DNA of 32,000 nt from an uncultured Clostridia bacterium (GCA_934183305.1 CAKPSF010000001.1:212931-244930); one strand, 5' to 3'. Numbered from the stretch's first letter, positions 1 through 8,326 are shown. The notes: generated from the letters alone by a model not told the origin. Program-made: numbers and translations.

Positions 1-1
1 T

Positions 2-892
2 TTTGATTTAATGCTTTTAGACTTTATAATGACTCCTATTCATGGTGACCAGGTTGTTGAAGAAATTCGTAAGTTCAATAAAGAATTATATATTCTATTA
101 CTTACTGGTCATAAAGATTTAGCTCCACCATTGGAAACAATTAAAAGATTAGATATTCAAGGTTATTGTGAAAAAAGTGATAAGTTTGATCAATTACTTT
201 TACTTGTTGAATCTGGAATAAAAGCAATAGAACAAATGAATTTAATTAAGAAAATTAATGCAGAATTAAAAGAAACTAATGAAAAATTAGAAAAGGCATA
301 CTTAGAAACAATACAAACTTTGCGTTTCACTGTTGAAGCAAAAGATGTATACACAAGAGGTCATTCAGATAGAGTTTCTGCATATTCAGTTTTAATTGGA
401 AAATACTTAGGATTAACTGAAGAAGATATACATTTACTAAAAGTTGGTGGTCTTTTCCATGATATTGGAAAAATAGGCGTTCCTGATAGTATTCTATTAA
501 AAACATCAAAACTTACTGATGATGAGTATTCAGAAATAAAAAACCACCCAACAATCGGTGCACATATACTATCAAATGCTTCTATTTTTGAAAAAGCAAT
601 ACCTATTGTTAAACATCATCATGAAAGATACGATGGACACGGTTATCCTTCAAAACTTGCTGGCGAGGACATCCCTTATTTAGCAAGAATAGCAGCTGTT
701 GCAGATAGTTTCGATGCCATGACATCTAGAAGAACTTATAGAGATTCGTTACCAATTGATATTGTAAAACAGGAAATTGAAAAAAATAAAGGAACTCAAT
801 TTGATCCAAAAATTGCAGACGTATTTTTAGATATTTTAAATAATCATTATGATGAGATTGAAGAAATTAGAAATACATTTCCTTGTAATTAA
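2..892 (+). CDS. Response regulator with HD-GYP domain (c-di-GMP phosphodiesterase type), 5'-truncated by the window edge
   Basis: The frame is open from base 2. The N-terminal part looks like the end of a receiver domain (LLLTGH...DIQGYCEK). The HD-GYP motifs are present: HSDRV, FHDIGKIGVPD, HHHERYDGHGYP. A hairpin terminator follows at 901-934. Confidence 0.85.
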   Translation, partial: FDLMLLDFIMTPIHGDQVVEEIRKFNKELYILLLTGHKDLAPPLETIKRLDIQGYCEKSDKFDQLLLLVESGIKAIEQMNLIKKINAELKETNEKLEKAYLETIQTLRFTVEAKDVYTRGHSDRVSAYSVLIGKYLGLTEEDIHLLKVGGLFHDIGKIGVPDSILLKTSKLTDDEYSEIKNHPTIGAHILSNASIFEKAIPIVKHHHERYDGHGYPSKLAGEDIPYLARIAAVADSFDAMTSRRTYRDSLPIDIVKQEIEKNKGTQFDPKIADVFLDILNNHYDEIEEIRNTFPCN

Positions 893-900
893 ATATTGCC

Positions 901-934
901 AAAAAATAAGATTTCAAACGAAATCTTATTTTTG
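901..934. terminator. Bidirectional intrinsic terminator between convergent genes
   Basis: 12-bp stem AAATAAGATTTC / GAAATCTTATTT with loop AAAC, flanked by an A-run and a T-run. Confidence 0.7.
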
Positions 935-936
935 CT

Positions 937-3090
937 TTATATTCCTTTCATTGTTAATGCTACTTTTTGTTTTTCCAAGTCTATGCTTAATACTTTAACC
1001 TTAACAATATCTCCAACAGAAACAACATCTCTTGGATTTTTTATATATTTATCACTTAGTTCTGATATATGAACTAAGCCATCATGTTTTACACCAATAT
1101 CAATGAAAGCACCAAAATCTATAACATTTCTTACTGTTCCGTTTAGTACCATTCCTTCTTTTAAATCTTCAAGTTTTAATACATCATTTCTTAATATTGG
1201 TTTTGGCATATCTTCACGTGGATCTCTTCCCGGTTTAGATAATTCTTTAATTATATCTTCTAATGTCAAACTTCCAACACCTAATTCTTCTGATAATTTA
1301 CTTATATTAATAGAACTTAACTTTACTTTTATTTCTGATAATTTTTCTTTATTTAATAAATCCTTTTTAGAAAACCCTATTTTTTCTAGTAACTTCTCTG
1401 CAACCTCATAACTTTCAGGATGAACAGATGTTATTTCTAAAGGGTTATCTCCATCAAATATTCTTACAAATCCTGCGCATTGTTCAAATGCTGCATTTCC
1501 CAGTTTTGATACTTTTAGTAATTGTTTTCTGTTCTTAAATTTACCGTTTTCATTTCTATATGCAACTATATTTTTAGCAATTGTTTTATTAATTCCTGAA
1601 ACGTATGATAATAATGATGGTGTAGCTGTATTTAAATCCACTCCAACTCTATTAACAGCATCTTCAACAACTCCTGTTAAGCTTTCTGATAAATTCTTTT
1701 GATCAACATCATGTTGATATTGTCCTACACCAATTGCTTTAGGATCTATTTTTACAAGTTCTGCAAGAGGATCTTGCAATCTTCTGGCTATTGATATTGC
1801 TCCTCTTAGTGAAACATTTATATCTGGATATTCTTCTGTTGCAAGTTTAGAAGCAGAATACACTGATGCTCCCGCTTCACTTACAATTGCATAATATACT
1901 GCATGGTCCGCTTCTTTTATTAAATCTGCAACAAACATTTCAGATTCTCTTGAAGCTGTTCCATTTCCAATAGCAATCATATTTATTTTATCTTTTTTTA
2001 TTAACTCTAATAATACCTTTTTGGCACCTTGAACATCATTTTGTGGCGCAGTAGGATACACTGTTGTAGTATCCAAAACTTTTCCAGTTTCGTCTATAAC
2101 TGCTATTTTACATCCTGTTCTATACGCTGGATCAAATCCCATCACTACTAAATCCTTTAGAGGTGCTCCTAATAATAATTGTTTTGCATTTTCTCCAAAC
2201 ACTTTTATTGCTTGCTCCTCTGCTTTTTCAGTTAAGTCTGAACGTAATTCTCTTTCTATTGATGGCTCAATTAATCTTTTATAACTGTCTAAAATTGTTT
2301 CTTTTAAGATATTAGTAAACTGTGTTTCTCCTTTTATAAGGTCTTTTTCTATGTAGTAAATAATTTTATCTTCTGGTTTTACAATTTTAACCTTTAGGGC
2401 CTCTTCCTTTTCACCTCTATTTATTGCTAAAATTCTATGACTAGGAATTTTTTTAATTTCTTCCGAGAAATCATAATACATTTCATAATTTGATTTTTCA
2501 TCTTTCTTTGATGCTTTAGTTTCTATTTGTGCCTCTCTATAACAAGCAGATTTAATATATTTTCTATATTTAGCGTTGTCTGAAATATCTTCTGCAATAA
2601 TATCTTTTGCACCATTTATTGCATCTTCTACTGATGTTACACCTTTTTCTTCATTTATATATTTTTGAGCTATTTTATTTATGTCCTCTTCCTCTGTTTG
2701 GCTTAAAATTTTTTTTGCTAAAGGTTCTAACCCTCTTTCTTTTGCAATTACTGCCCTTGTTCTTTTCTTTTGTTTATATGGTCTATATAAATCTTCTACT
2801 TCTGCCAATGTTTTGGACGTTCCAATTGCAATTAATAATTCATCTGTTAATTTACCTTGCTCATCTATTATCTTTATAACTTCTTCTTTTCTCTTTTCTA
2901 AATTTCTTAAATATGTTAATCTTTCATTTAAATCTCTTAATATTTCATCACTCAAATTGCCTGTTACTTCCTTTCTGTAACGTGCAATAAAAGGAATTGT
3001 ATTTCCTTCATCTATCAATTTTATTGTGTTTTCTACTTGAACAGGCCTTATATTAAATTCTCCTGCTATTGTTTGAATAATTTTATCCAT
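937..3090 (-). CDS. tex: Transcription accessory protein Tex (S1 RNA-binding domain protein, YhgF-like)
   Basis: 717 aa. The N-terminus is typical of Tex (IRPVQVENTIKLIDEGNTIPFIARYRKE). It has a central YqgF/RuvC-like region and HhH region, and a C-terminal S1 domain (GTVRNVIDFGAFIDIGVKHDGLVHISEL). Confidence 0.93.
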   Translation of the reverse strand: MDKIIQTIAGEFNIRPVQVENTIKLIDEGNTIPFIARYRKEVTGNLSDEILRDLNERLTYLRNLEKRKEEVIKIIDEQGKLTDELLIAIGTSKTLAEVEDLYRPYKQKKRTRAVIAKERGLEPLAKKILSQTEEEDINKIAQKYINEEKGVTSVEDAINGAKDIIAEDISDNAKYRKYIKSACYREAQIETKASKKDEKSNYEMYYDFSEEIKKIPSHRILAINRGEKEEALKVKIVKPEDKIIYYIEKDLIKGETQFTNILKETILDSYKRLIEPSIERELRSDLTEKAEEQAIKVFGENAKQLLLGAPLKDLVVMGFDPAYRTGCKIAVIDETGKVLDTTTVYPTAPQNDVQGAKKVLLELIKKDKINMIAIGNGTASRESEMFVADLIKEADHAVYYAIVSEAGASVYSASKLATEEYPDINVSLRGAISIARRLQDPLAELVKIDPKAIGVGQYQHDVDQKNLSESLTGVVEDAVNRVGVDLNTATPSLLSYVSGINKTIAKNIVAYRNENGKFKNRKQLLKVSKLGNAAFEQCAGFVRIFDGDNPLEITSVHPESYEVAEKLLEKIGFSKKDLLNKEKLSEIKVKLSSINISKLSEELGVGSLTLEDIIKELSKPGRDPREDMPKPILRNDVLKLEDLKEGMVLNGTVRNVIDFGAFIDIGVKHDGLVHISELSDKYIKNPRDVVSVGDIVKVKVLSIDLEKQKVALTMKGI

Positions 3091-3114
3091 TTTTTAATTA
3101 CCTCTTTCGTAATA

Positions 3115-3143
3115 TTGATTTATGTAAATTTGTGTGATATAAT
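3115..3143 (+). promoter_or_regulatory. Sigma-A-type promoter for the small GC-rich ORF
   Basis: TTGATT (3115-3120), 17-nt spacer, TATAAT (3138-3143), about 30 nt upstream of the RBS. Confidence 0.5.
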
Positions 3144-3176
3144 AGAAAATGTATTAACCTAAAGGAGGTGGAATAC

Positions 3177-3377
3177 ATGAAACAGGAAGTTGTCGTCAGC
3201 AAAAAAGGCGGTCTTGTATATTCAATCGACAAGGATTTCCTGGTGGGGTTAGTCATTCATAACTTCGACGGTGATTTTCCGGACGAAGGAGTCAAAATCT
3301 ATTATGATCTTGATGATTTGAATGCATGTCCTTATAGACTTTATAAACGGTCTAACGGAACATATTTCATTGAATAA
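3177..3377 (+). CDS. Small hypothetical protein (66 aa) with atypically high GC
   Basis: GGAGG at 3163-3167 lies 9 nt before the ATG at 3177. The track start at 3168 is a GTG inside the RBS. The gene has its own promoter and a terminator hairpin. Its codon choice (GTC, GGC, CTG, CCG, GAC) differs from the neighbouring genes. I recognise no family. Confidence 0.6.
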   Translation: MKQEVVVSKKGGLVYSIDKDFLVGLVIHNFDGDFPDEGVKIYYDLDDLNACPYRLYKRSNGTYFIE

Positions 3378-3387
3378 TCCCATTGAA

Positions 3388-3423
3388 AAGGGAGTAAAGA
3401 GTTTTTCTCTTTACTCTCCTTTC
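3388..3423. terminator. Bidirectional intrinsic terminator
   Basis: GGAGTAAAGAG / CTCTTTACT(CT)CC stem with a TTTTT loop, between the convergent 3177..3377 (+) and 3424..5004 (-) genes. Confidence 0.65.
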
Positions 3424-5004
3424 TTATTCTAATTCTAGATATTCATTATATGTTACTTCTCTATCAATTAATCCAGTTTCTTTTATATCGAAAATCCTGT
3501 TTGCAACAGTTTGAGTTAATTGATGATCGTGAGATGTAAATATCATATTTCCTTTAAATCTGCTCATTCCCTCATTTAGTGCAGTAATACTTTCCATATC
3601 TAAATGGTTTGTTGGTTCATCTAGTATTATAAAATTTGCTCCAGAAAGCATCATTTTAGAAAATACACATCTAACTTTTTCTCCACCAGACAATACAGAT
3701 ACATTTTTTAATGCTTCTTCTCCTGAAAATAACATTCTACCTAAGAAACCTCTAACATATGTTTCGTCTGGATCTTTTGAATAGCCTCTAAGCCATTCTA
3801 CAAGTGGCATATCTTCTTTAAATAGATAATTATTATCTTTTGGAAAATATGTTGTACTTACTGTTGTTCCCCACTTTATTTCACCACTATCTGGTTCTAA
3901 TTCTCCTGCTAATATTTGAAATAATACTGTTTTTGCTATTTCATTATCTGCCAAAACTGCTATTTTGTCGTTTGCCTTTACTGTAAAGCTAATATTATCT
4001 AAAACTTTGTTTCCATCAATTGTTTTAGAAAGTCCTGTTACTGTTAATATATCTTTTCCAACTTCTCTATCTGGTTTGAAATCTATGTATGGATATTTTC
4101 TATTTGAAGGCTTAATTTCATCTAGTTCAATTTTTTCTAATGATTTCTTTCTAGATGTTGCTTGCTTAGATTTTGATGCATTTGCACTAAATCTAGCAAT
4201 AAATTCTTGTAGCTCTTTAATTTTTTCTTCTTTCTTTTTATTTTGTTCTTTAGCTTGTTTTAATGCTAATTGGCTTGATTCATACCAGAAATCATAGTTT
4301 CCTGGATATACCTTAATTTTCCCAAAGTCCACATCAGCTATATGTGTACACACTTTATTTAAGAAGTATCTATCATGTGATACTACTATTACAGTGTTTT
4401 CAAAGTTAATTAAAAAGTCTTGCAACCAGTTTATACTTTTTAAATCTAAGTCGTTTGTAGGTTCATCTAATAAAAGGATATCAGGGTTTCCAAATAATGC
4501 TTGTGCCAAAAGCACTTTTACTTTATCTTTAGCTTCTATCTCTCTCATTAGTTTATAATGAACTTCTGTAGCAATTCCTAAATCATTTAATAAAATAGCT
4601 GCATCTGACTCTGCATTCCAACCATCAAGCTCTGCAAATCTTTCTTCAAGTTTTGCAGCTTTCATTCCATCTTCTTCTGAAAAGTCAGGTTTAGCGTATA
4701 TTGCCTCTTTTTCCTTCATTATTTTATATAATTCTTCATTTCCCATTATTACTGTATCTATAACAGTATAATCTTCAAAAGCAAAGTGATCTTGTTTCAA
4801 AACAGATAATCTTTCTGTTTTTTCTTTTGTTACCTCTCCTTTGCTTGGTTCTAACTCTCCTGATAAAACCTTAAGAAATGTTGATTTTCCAGCTCCATTT
4901 GCACCTATTATTCCATAGCAATTTCCTTTGCCAAAACGTATATTAACGTCTTCAAATAATACTCTTTTTCCAAATCTAACTGTTACTCCATTTGCAGATA
5001 ACAT
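3424..5004 (-). CDS. ABC-F family ATPase (YbiT-like, two ABC domains, no TM domain)
   Basis: 526 aa. It has two Walker A motifs (GANGAGKST and a degenerate second site), two LSGGE signatures and two LLLDEPTN/ILDEPTNHLD Walker B motifs, with a charged inter-domain linker. The N-terminus resembles E. coli YbiT as I recall it. Confidence 0.88.
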   Translation of the reverse strand: MLSANGVTVRFGKRVLFEDVNIRFGKGNCYGIIGANGAGKSTFLKVLSGELEPSKGEVTKEKTERLSVLKQDHFAFEDYTVIDTVIMGNEELYKIMKEKEAIYAKPDFSEEDGMKAAKLEERFAELDGWNAESDAAILLNDLGIATEVHYKLMREIEAKDKVKVLLAQALFGNPDILLLDEPTNDLDLKSINWLQDFLINFENTVIVVSHDRYFLNKVCTHIADVDFGKIKVYPGNYDFWYESSQLALKQAKEQNKKKEEKIKELQEFIARFSANASKSKQATSRKKSLEKIELDEIKPSNRKYPYIDFKPDREVGKDILTVTGLSKTIDGNKVLDNISFTVKANDKIAVLADNEIAKTVLFQILAGELEPDSGEIKWGTTVSTTYFPKDNNYLFKEDMPLVEWLRGYSKDPDETYVRGFLGRMLFSGEEALKNVSVLSGGEKVRCVFSKMMLSGANFIILDEPTNHLDMESITALNEGMSRFKGNMIFTSHDHQLTQTVANRIFDIKETGLIDREVTYNEYLELE

Positions 5005-5038
5005 TTTATTTCCTCCTAATTAAGTTTGTACTTATAGG

Positions 5039-5067
5039 ATTATATATTAAATCTCCTTAATTTTCAA
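5039..5067 (-). promoter_or_regulatory. Promoter for the ABC-F gene
   Basis: On the minus strand: TTGAAA (5067-5062), 17 nt, TATAAT (5044-5039). Confidence 0.45.
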
Positions 5068-5377
5068 GCAAAAAAAGTGGTTTAACCACTTTTTTAAAAT
5101 ATTTAAATATTCTAATTATATAAATATTTTTGATTAGTTGAGGAGCATTTCTTTCTTTTTCAATATTTTTTTCTTTAATTATTTCTTCAAGTTTACTTCT
5201 TTCTTTCGCAATTTCAACTTCTAATTCTTTTATTTTTATTCTTTCATTCATACATTCTTCTAATATTCTATTAATTGCTGTATTAATTTCTTCAGCACTT
5301 ATATAATTATAACTCTTTATGCTAGGCTCACTTATTACCGCTTCATTTAATATGTCTTCAGCTTCTTCTATACTCAT
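5057..5377 (-). CDS. Hypothetical coiled-coil protein (106 aa)
   Basis: RBS GGAGG lies 5 nt upstream of the ATG, and a consensus promoter lies upstream. The central segment is E/K-rich and coiled-coil-like. The last ~12 codons read through the terminator hairpin at 5071-5096, so the C-terminal tail may be incidental. Confidence 0.6.
   Translation of the reverse strand: MSIEEAEDILNEAVISEPSIKSYNYISAEEINTAINRILEECMNERIKIKELEVEIAKERSKLEEIIKEKNIEKERNAPQLIKNIYIIRIFKYFKKVVKPLFLLEN
5071..5096 (-). terminator. Intrinsic terminator overlapping the 3' end of 5057..5377
   Basis: AAAAGTGG(TTTAAA)CCACTTTT hairpin flanked by an A-run and a T-run. Confidence 0.5.
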
Positions 5378-5420
5378 TTTTTCCTCCGTTTATTATGTTT
5401 TTTTATTGCGCAACTTTTGT

Positions 5421-5449
5421 ATTATAATACTTATCCATTTAAAATGCAA
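5421..5449 (-). promoter_or_regulatory. Promoter for 5057..5377
   Basis: On the minus strand: TTGCAT (5449-5444), 17 nt, TATAAT (5426-5421). Confidence 0.55.
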
Positions 5450-5498
5450 TTATTTTTTCAAAAATTTTTTCGACATTTTTTGCGTGCTTTTCATATCA

Positions 5499-5687
5499 TT
5501 AGTCTTCAAATGCAATTTTTATTCCCCATAGCCCAGATATACCAACTAATGTGTATATTATTCTTGCTAATGCTGTCATATCTCCAAATATTAATTCAAC
5601 TAGGTTAAACTTAAATAACCCAATTAGTCCCCAATTTATTGCACCAATAATTATAAGAACTAAAGCAATTTTATCTATAACTTTCAT
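5499..5687 (-). CDS. DUF378 family small membrane protein (YuzA-like)
   Basis: 62 aa, two TM helices, with the characteristic IGAINWGLIGLF...L..IIY.LVGISGL pattern. Confidence 0.85.
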   Translation of the reverse strand: MKVIDKIALVLIIIGAINWGLIGLFKFNLVELIFGDMTALARIIYTLVGISGLWGIKIAFED

Positions 5688-5778
5688 TTTTTTCTCACCC
5701 CTTTTTTCTTTTTATATATTTTTTTCTTTTTTATCTATTTTTATTCATTTTATTGAAAATATTCTTTTTTTATGATAT

Positions 5779-5821
5779 TTTTTATATAATAGGAAAGTGA
5801 TACTTTCCTATTATATAAAAA
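5779..5821. repeat. Perfect 43-bp palindrome (20-bp arms, 3-nt spacer)
   Basis: TTTTTATATAATAGGAAAGT gat ACTTTCCTATTATATAAAAA, read directly. It lies between the divergent DUF378 and capA-like genes. Confidence 0.9.
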
Positions 5822-5971
5822 GCTACAATCGCTAGCCCTTTGAGATTTTCTCCTTTTAGTCGAAAACTCAAATCGGGCGAGAACAAATCAAAGAAAAATT
5901 AAAAATTTTTCTTATTTGTTCTATTGAAATATTTTTAAAATTTTATTATACAATAATAAAAGGGGGAAAAT

Positions 5972-7180
5972 ATGAAACGTAAAAAAATGAGAATTAATTA
6001 TAAAAAACTTTTTAAATATATTTTTATATTAACACTTTTTATTTTTTTAATTTTTAAATTATCATCTGTTATATTTGCACCAAATGATAATTCTAAAGAA
6101 ACTCAAGTAGCAGAAACATCTACTAAACCAGAACCTATTACAATTCATATGTCTGCTTTTGGAGACACTATGTGTCATTTAACAAATATCAAAAATGCTT
6201 ATAATTCATCTACAAAAGATTATGATTTTGCTAATGTTTTTCAAAATATTAAAAAATATACTCAAAATGCTGATATTGCCATTGGAAATTTAGAAACAAC
6301 TTTTGCTGGTAGTTCAAGAGGATATACTGGTTATCCAACTTTTAATGCTCCAGAAATCTTAGGTAAGAATTTAAAAGATATAGGAGTTGATGTTTTAACT
6401 ACTGCAAACAATCATTGTATGGATAAGGGAAATTCAGGGTTAGTTAGTACTTTAAATTTCTTGGATAATTATGGAATTGCGCATACAGGAACTGCAAGAA
6501 GTGAGGACGAACAAAATACCATTTTAATAAAAGATGTAAATGGAATAAAGATTGCATTTCTTTCTTATACATATGGTACAAACGGAATTACTATTCCTAG
6601 CGATAAACCCTATAGTGTAAATTTAATAGATAAAGAACTTATTAAAAAACATATAACTTCTGCTAAAGAACAAAATGTTGATGTTATATGTGTTAGTATG
6701 CACTGGGGAATCGAGTATAAATTAAAGCCAAATTCAACTCAAAAAGATTTAGCTGATTTTCTTTTTGATAACGGCGTTGATATAATTTTAGGAAGTCATC
6801 CACATGTACTAGAACCTATGGAAAAAAGAACTATAACTTTAAATGATGGTACTACAAAAGATGGATTTGTTATATATTCACTAGGTAATTTTGTTTCTGG
6901 TCAAATATATGCAAATACCAAAAGTACAGTTATTTTAGACATACAAATTACCAAAGATAGTGAAGGAAAAATATCAATAGATAGTGTAAAATATACACCT
7001 GTTTATTTGTATGATAAAGGCTCTACCTCTAAATCAAGAACTAGATATACTTTAATTGATATAAATCAAGCTATTAAAGACTACGAAAGTGGAAAAGATA
7101 ATTCTATAAGTAAAAGCTTATATAATACACTAAAAGATGAATTAAATAATATAACTAAAACGGTTGGAAATGAAATATAA
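5972..7180 (+). CDS. CapA/PGA_cap family metallophosphatase-like protein (poly-gamma-glutamate CapA-like), membrane anchored
   Basis: 402 aa. N-terminal TM anchor, then CapA motifs: AFGDTMCH, ADIAIGNLETTF, VLTTANNHCMDKG, SMHWGIEY, GSHPHVLEP. RBS GGGGGA lies before the ATG. Confidence 0.85.
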   Translation: MKRKKMRINYKKLFKYIFILTLFIFLIFKLSSVIFAPNDNSKETQVAETSTKPEPITIHMSAFGDTMCHLTNIKNAYNSSTKDYDFANVFQNIKKYTQNADIAIGNLETTFAGSSRGYTGYPTFNAPEILGKNLKDIGVDVLTTANNHCMDKGNSGLVSTLNFLDNYGIAHTGTARSEDEQNTILIKDVNGIKIAFLSYTYGTNGITIPSDKPYSVNLIDKELIKKHITSAKEQNVDVICVSMHWGIEYKLKPNSTQKDLADFLFDNGVDIILGSHPHVLEPMEKRTITLNDGTTKDGFVIYSLGNFVSGQIYANTKSTVILDIQITKDSEGKISIDSVKYTPVYLYDKGSTSKSRTRYTLIDINQAIKDYESGKDNSISKSLYNTLKDELNNITKTVGNEI

Positions 7181-7192
7181 TATTAGAAAACA

Positions 7193-7226
7193 AAAAGAGA
7201 TAATAACAATTATCTCTTTTTATTTT
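7193..7226 (+). terminator. Intrinsic terminator after the capA-like gene
   Basis: AAAAGAGATAAT aaca ATTATCTCTTTT followed by a T-rich tail. Confidence 0.7.
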
Positions 7227-7327
7227 CTAAAAAAATAATAAAATTTTTTCTTTTCGACAGCTTTTGACATAAGGCAAATAAAAATTATGTTAAAATATAA
7301 TTAAATTTTACATCAAGTTTATGCAAA

Positions 7328-7588
7328 TTAAAACTTAAATATATCTTCAGCACCCTCAAACAATTGGTCATAAGATACATTTAAAATTTTAGAAAAAGCA
7401 TATAATTCATAATCTTTTACAGTACGTTTATTATGCTCTATTTTATAAATATCATTATTATACATCGTCACACCCATTAAAGCCAATTCTCTACAAATAT
7501 CTGGTTGAGATAATCCTCTTTCCAATCTATATTTGCTTATGTTTTTAGCAATAATGTTTAACTTATTATTTAATTTTCTAGCACCCAT
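7328..7588 (-). CDS. XRE-family helix-turn-helix transcriptional regulator (86 aa)
   Basis: HTH_3-like pattern: NISKYRLERGLSQPDICRELALMGVTM...IYKIEHNKR. Confidence 0.75.
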   Translation of the reverse strand: MGARKLNNKLNIIAKNISKYRLERGLSQPDICRELALMGVTMYNNDIYKIEHNKRTVKDYELYAFSKILNVSYDQLFEGAEDIFKF

Positions 7589-7716
7589 ATTATTATAACC
7601 CTTTCAAATATGTATATATGATATAATAAAATTTGTCTGTGTTTTGCATACACTAGATGCAAGATATTGTTTTCATTTTTTATATTTTTATTCAATATTT
7701 TAAGGAGGTGTATTTT

Positions 7717-7974
7717 TTGAAGCGTTCATGTTTTGTTAGAAAAATTGATGAGTTAGGTAGAATTGTACTTCCAATAGAAATAAGAAAGTCTTTAGATATA
7801 CAAGAAAGGGATTCTTTAGAAATATTTTTAAAAGATGATGGGATATTTTTAAAAAAAGATCAGGATTTATGTACTTTTTGTAATTCTGAATCAAACGTTG
7901 AAACAACATTCAACTCAAAAAAAATTTGTAATGATTGTTTAAAATTAATTAAAGAGGTGGAAGTAAGTGAATAA
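7717..7974 (+). CDS. abrB: AbrB/SpoVT-family transition-state regulator with a C-terminal CxxC...CxxC motif
   Basis: TTG start 8 nt after GGAGG (7704-7708); the track's 7657 start has no RBS. It has the SpoVT-AbrB swapped-hairpin motif VRKIDELGRIVLPIEIRKSLDI..DSLEIF. The C-terminus (CTFCN...ICNDC) resembles clostridial AbrB homologues. Confidence 0.8.
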   Translation: MKRSCFVRKIDELGRIVLPIEIRKSLDIQERDSLEIFLKDDGIFLKKDQDLCTFCNSESNVETTFNSKKICNDCLKLIKEVEVSE

Positions 7975-8149
7975 CAGTTTACAAGAACTAAGAACACAAG
8001 CAAAAAAATGCTTGTCTGAAATGCATATACAAGATGGTGATGCATTTGTAAATAATTTGCTTTTTGAGTTAAGTGAAACAAATGAAAGAAACTTAGAATT
8101 AAAAATGCAAATTCTTAATATTATAAAAGAGTATTTAAAAATAAGGTGA
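7967..8149 (+). CDS. Small hypothetical protein (60 aa), start overlaps the abrB stop (GTGAATAA)
   Basis: GTG start 6 nt after GAGGTGG. Predicted helical. A strong terminator follows. I recognise no family. Confidence 0.45.
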   Translation: MNNSLQELRTQAKKCLSEMHIQDGDAFVNNLLFELSETNERNLELKMQILNIIKEYLKIR

Positions 8150-8175
8150 AAAAATCTTTTCACCTTTGTTTTTAT
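8144..8175 (+). terminator. Intrinsic terminator
   Basis: AAGGTGAAAA aatc TTTTCACCTT followed by TGTTTTT. Confidence 0.75.
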
Positions 8176-8179
8176 TGTA

Positions 8180-8209
8180 TTGACAATTGTATTACTTTGG
8201 TAGTATAAT
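8180..8209 (+). promoter_or_regulatory. Promoter for tRNA-Lys(CUU)
   Basis: TTGACA (8180-8185), 18-nt spacer, TATAAT (8204-8209). Confidence 0.55.
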
Positions 8210-8249
8210 ATTAAAAGTTTAGAAAATTAATTTCTAACTTTTATAATTT

Positions 8250-8325
8250 GGGTTATTAGCTCAGTTGGTAGAGCAGCGGACTCTTAATCCGAAGGTCCGG
8301 GGTTCGACCCCCCGATGACCCACCA
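8250..8325 (+). tRNA. tRNA-Lys (anticodon CUU)
   Basis: Hand-folded 76-nt cloverleaf. Acceptor GGGTTAT/ATGACCC (one G-U), D arm GCTC-AGTTGGTA-GAGC, anticodon loop CTCTTAA, T arm CGGGG-TTCGACC-CCCCG, encoded CCA. There is a G27:A43 mismatch at the top of the anticodon stem. Confidence 0.88.
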
Positions 8326-8326
8326 C

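Noticed and set aside
1103-2980. Plus-strand ORFs (1103..1411, 2607..2879, 2681..2980) inside tex
   Set aside because: They are antisense shadows of a confidently identified 717-aa gene. They have low-complexity, Leu/Phe/Ser-rich translations typical of AT-rich antisense frames, and no RBS.
3965-4297. 110-aa plus-strand ORF inside the ABC-F gene (also 327..509 inside the HD-GYP gene)
   Set aside because: It is antisense to a well-supported CDS, with no RBS or promoter and a compositionally biased translation.
5319-5775. Plus-strand ORFs 5319..5531, 5417..5608 and 5551..5775
   Set aside because: They overlap the minus-strand coiled-coil and DUF378 genes and their promoters. Their sequences are hydrophobic and low-complexity, and none has an RBS.
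5779-5821. The 43-bp palindrome as a bidirectional intrinsic terminator
   Set aside because: The flanking genes diverge from it rather than converge on it, and no U-tract follows the GC-containing core of the stem in either orientation.
5822-5925. A known riboswitch (for example c-di-GMP) upstream of the capA-like gene
   Set aside because: I could not match any riboswitch consensus that I know. The best capA-like promoter candidate also lies downstream of the segment, so it would not be in the 5' UTR. It is kept only as an unexplained structure.
8250-8325. tRNA-Lys(CUU) as a pseudogene because of the G27:A43 mismatch
   Set aside because: All other stems and the invariant positions (T8, GG in the D loop, TTCGA in the T loop, CCA) are intact. 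It also has its own consensus promoter and terminator.
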